Below, piece after piece: positions 62,468 through 64,000 of a stretch of 64,000 nt of DNA. Position 1 is the stretch's first letter; each line of letters opens with the position of its first letter. Location of the stretch: NCBI GenBank assembly GCA_963758525.1, contig CAVWVQ010000003.1:1600001-1664000 (forward strand). Direction: 5' to 3'. Position numbers and translations under genes: made by a program. The notes below the pieces were generated by a model. The model was not told where the DNA came from. It was given only the letters and a program-made list of their open reading frames with translations, and did not search any database. The stretch comes from an uncultured Phycisphaerales bacterium (GTDB taxonomy: Bacteria; Planctomycetota; Phycisphaerae; Tepidisphaerales; Tepidisphaeraceae).

Positions 62468-62597
62468 CTTTGCGAAAATCCGAATAACGAAACCAGCCCC
62501 CCACCGCCAGGTGCAAGTCGGGCGCGAGCGATCGCAATGTCGCCAGCGAAGCGTAAGGCTATTGCCAAACGGCGGTCGCGAACCAGCGGAATCAAAA

Positions 62598-63053
62598 CTA
62601 ACCGTTACGACAATCCCATTGACTGATCTGAAATCCGCTTCCCGACCGACTTATCTTAAATCGCTGGCCCGGCGATGCAGTTTCCGCCAGAGCCAAAATG
62701 CTCGGCATTTTTGTGATGATAATTCGCGCGCGTTCGTGGCCTGCCACTTGTGTCAATGATTTTCCTCGCAGAAAGAACCCGGTAATTCTTCGTCGCGGCA
62801 GGATTAGATGCAAGGGTGGACCCTTCGCATGGATCCTAGGCCCGGATCGTCCAACATCGGAAGTGATAACGATCCAATCTTCGGGAGGTGTCAGCACGTT
62901 GGTCCAGTCGCGATCGAGCGCGCCTTGGTGTCCCATATATGTAATCAGGAAATGCGACTCGATCGCAGGGAATTGCAATTTCAGAAATTCCTGAACGACC
63001 TCGGCGCATTTCTTGGTAATGCACTCATCAAGCATCACCCTTATTCGTTTCAC
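62598..63053 (-). CDS. PIN-like toxin (VapC45/DUF5615-like)
   Basis: VMLDECI, DRDW, WIVITSD; downstream of a DUF433 gene. Confidence 0.72.
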   Translation of the reverse strand: MKRIRVMLDECITKKCAEVVQEFLKLQFPAIESHFLITYMGHQGALDRDWTNVLTPPEDWIVITSDVGRSGPRIHAKGPPLHLILPRRRITGFFLRGKSLTQVAGHERARIIITKMPSILALAETASPGQRFKISRSGSGFQISQWDCRNG

Positions 63054-63070
63054 GCAGCGGCCCCCAGCTC

Positions 63071-63744
63071 TTAAGCTGCTCCGCGCAGAAAATCCTCAAA
63101 CCGAAGCGCAACTTTGATGTCTTCAATCGATACGTCACAAATTTTCGCCGCCGCCTCGACAGACCCTTCAGCCAGCACGGAGTTTACAAGAGTTTCAACG
63201 GTGTAATTGCAGCTCTCAACTACTGGAGCACCCATTGGCGGGATGGGTCAAGAACAACACCCACCGCCGATTTTGGGCGATAGGTTCTAACCAATCCATC
63301 TTCGTTGAATGTAACGTCGTCCAAATAAGGAAGTATCACCGGCTCCATCAGATAATGTTTGGCATAGGGACCGGAAGCTTCGACATATGTGCCGTCCGGC
63401 AAACCAAGAACAATCACGTCGCCGAGCCGATAAATTCGTATATCCCTCGCCAGCGGGAAACGGAAACCCATTTCCTCCGCCTTGCTCGCGGTTTGCCGAA
63501 TTCTTTGCAAGCTGGTGTTGTGATTTAGCCGTATGGAACGCACGGCCATCAATTGAACGAGGTCAACAAAGCTGACAACCGCCCCTTCACTTTCAGGCAT
63601 CATTCGCTTTACGGCTGGCCCCCGCGCCGCGCTGGCGTCAAACCATCGCGTGACCGTTTGTGGGCGCAGTCGGGCCAGATACGCAGCTTGCCGTTGCGTA
63701 TAAATCCCTTGGGCAAGAACATCGGCTTCTGCTATCGCGATCAC
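63071..63744 (-). CDS. HTH + DUF433 antitoxin (VapB45-like), frameshift near 63232
   Basis: GIYTQRQAAYL, SFVDLVQ, VVLDPSRQW then GAPVV…DIKVALRFE in the next frame. Confidence 0.78.
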
Positions 63745-64000
63745 GACGGTTCACCTTCGTAAACATTATAGGGAAAAACAAAAGAGAATGCAAGTTGTAA
63801 CTCATTGCTGTGAACAAGTTTGCGCTAAAGTCGGCGCACCGGGGCATTTATGGCAAGAAAATTGGAAGCCGCATCGAGATCACGAAAGATTTTTCATACG
63901 CCACAACTTTGGCTGACCCCAAACAATATCGGCAGCTCAACGGAGGACCGCGCGCAGGTTTCCCCTGGCGGAGTCGAGTGACGCGCGGGCTTCGGCTGCG

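Overview
GC-rich bacterial chromosome segment, most likely from Planctomycetota (inference: three exported proteins carry the LExRxLL[S/A] N-terminal motif, there is a DUF4058-like gene, and there are two groEL copies). Backbone genes: pilT-like ATPase, fused indolepyruvate:ferredoxin oxidoreductase, APC permease, a groEL-groES-groEL-dnaJ-grpE-fmdB-yacG chaperone operon, EF-G paralogue, argH, NCS2 permease, GT4, gpmI and a CE15 esterase. Main accessory signals: (1) a ~6.8 kb integrase-less island between tRNA-Arg(UCG) and a degenerate copy of its 3' half. It carries Dcm + DUF4928-like nuclease + Vsr and, divergently, an SPPY methyltransferase, a small unknown protein, a repeat/degenerate GIY-YIG protein and a broken SIR2-like gene. 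This is the best candidate for an uncharacterised defence module. (2) Several families of 7-9 nt tandem-repeat hairpins fill most spacers of the chaperone operon, bracket yacG, and one is translated in frame inside the oxidoreductase. (3) A FixL-like PAS kinase/NarL-type regulator cluster has two HypB paralogues lacking metal ligands, and a bipartite motif sits at identical spacing before both leftward operons. (4) Many toxin-antitoxin relics have a truncated toxin, one flanked by a duplication of the gpmI 3' end. (5) A RAYT transposase and several REP families are present. (6) A compositionally aberrant patch lies inside argH. Many 1-nt frameshifts, including in argH, suggest indel errors in the assembly, so most frameshift-based pseudogene calls are provisional. 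Family names come from motif recognition by eye, not database searches.
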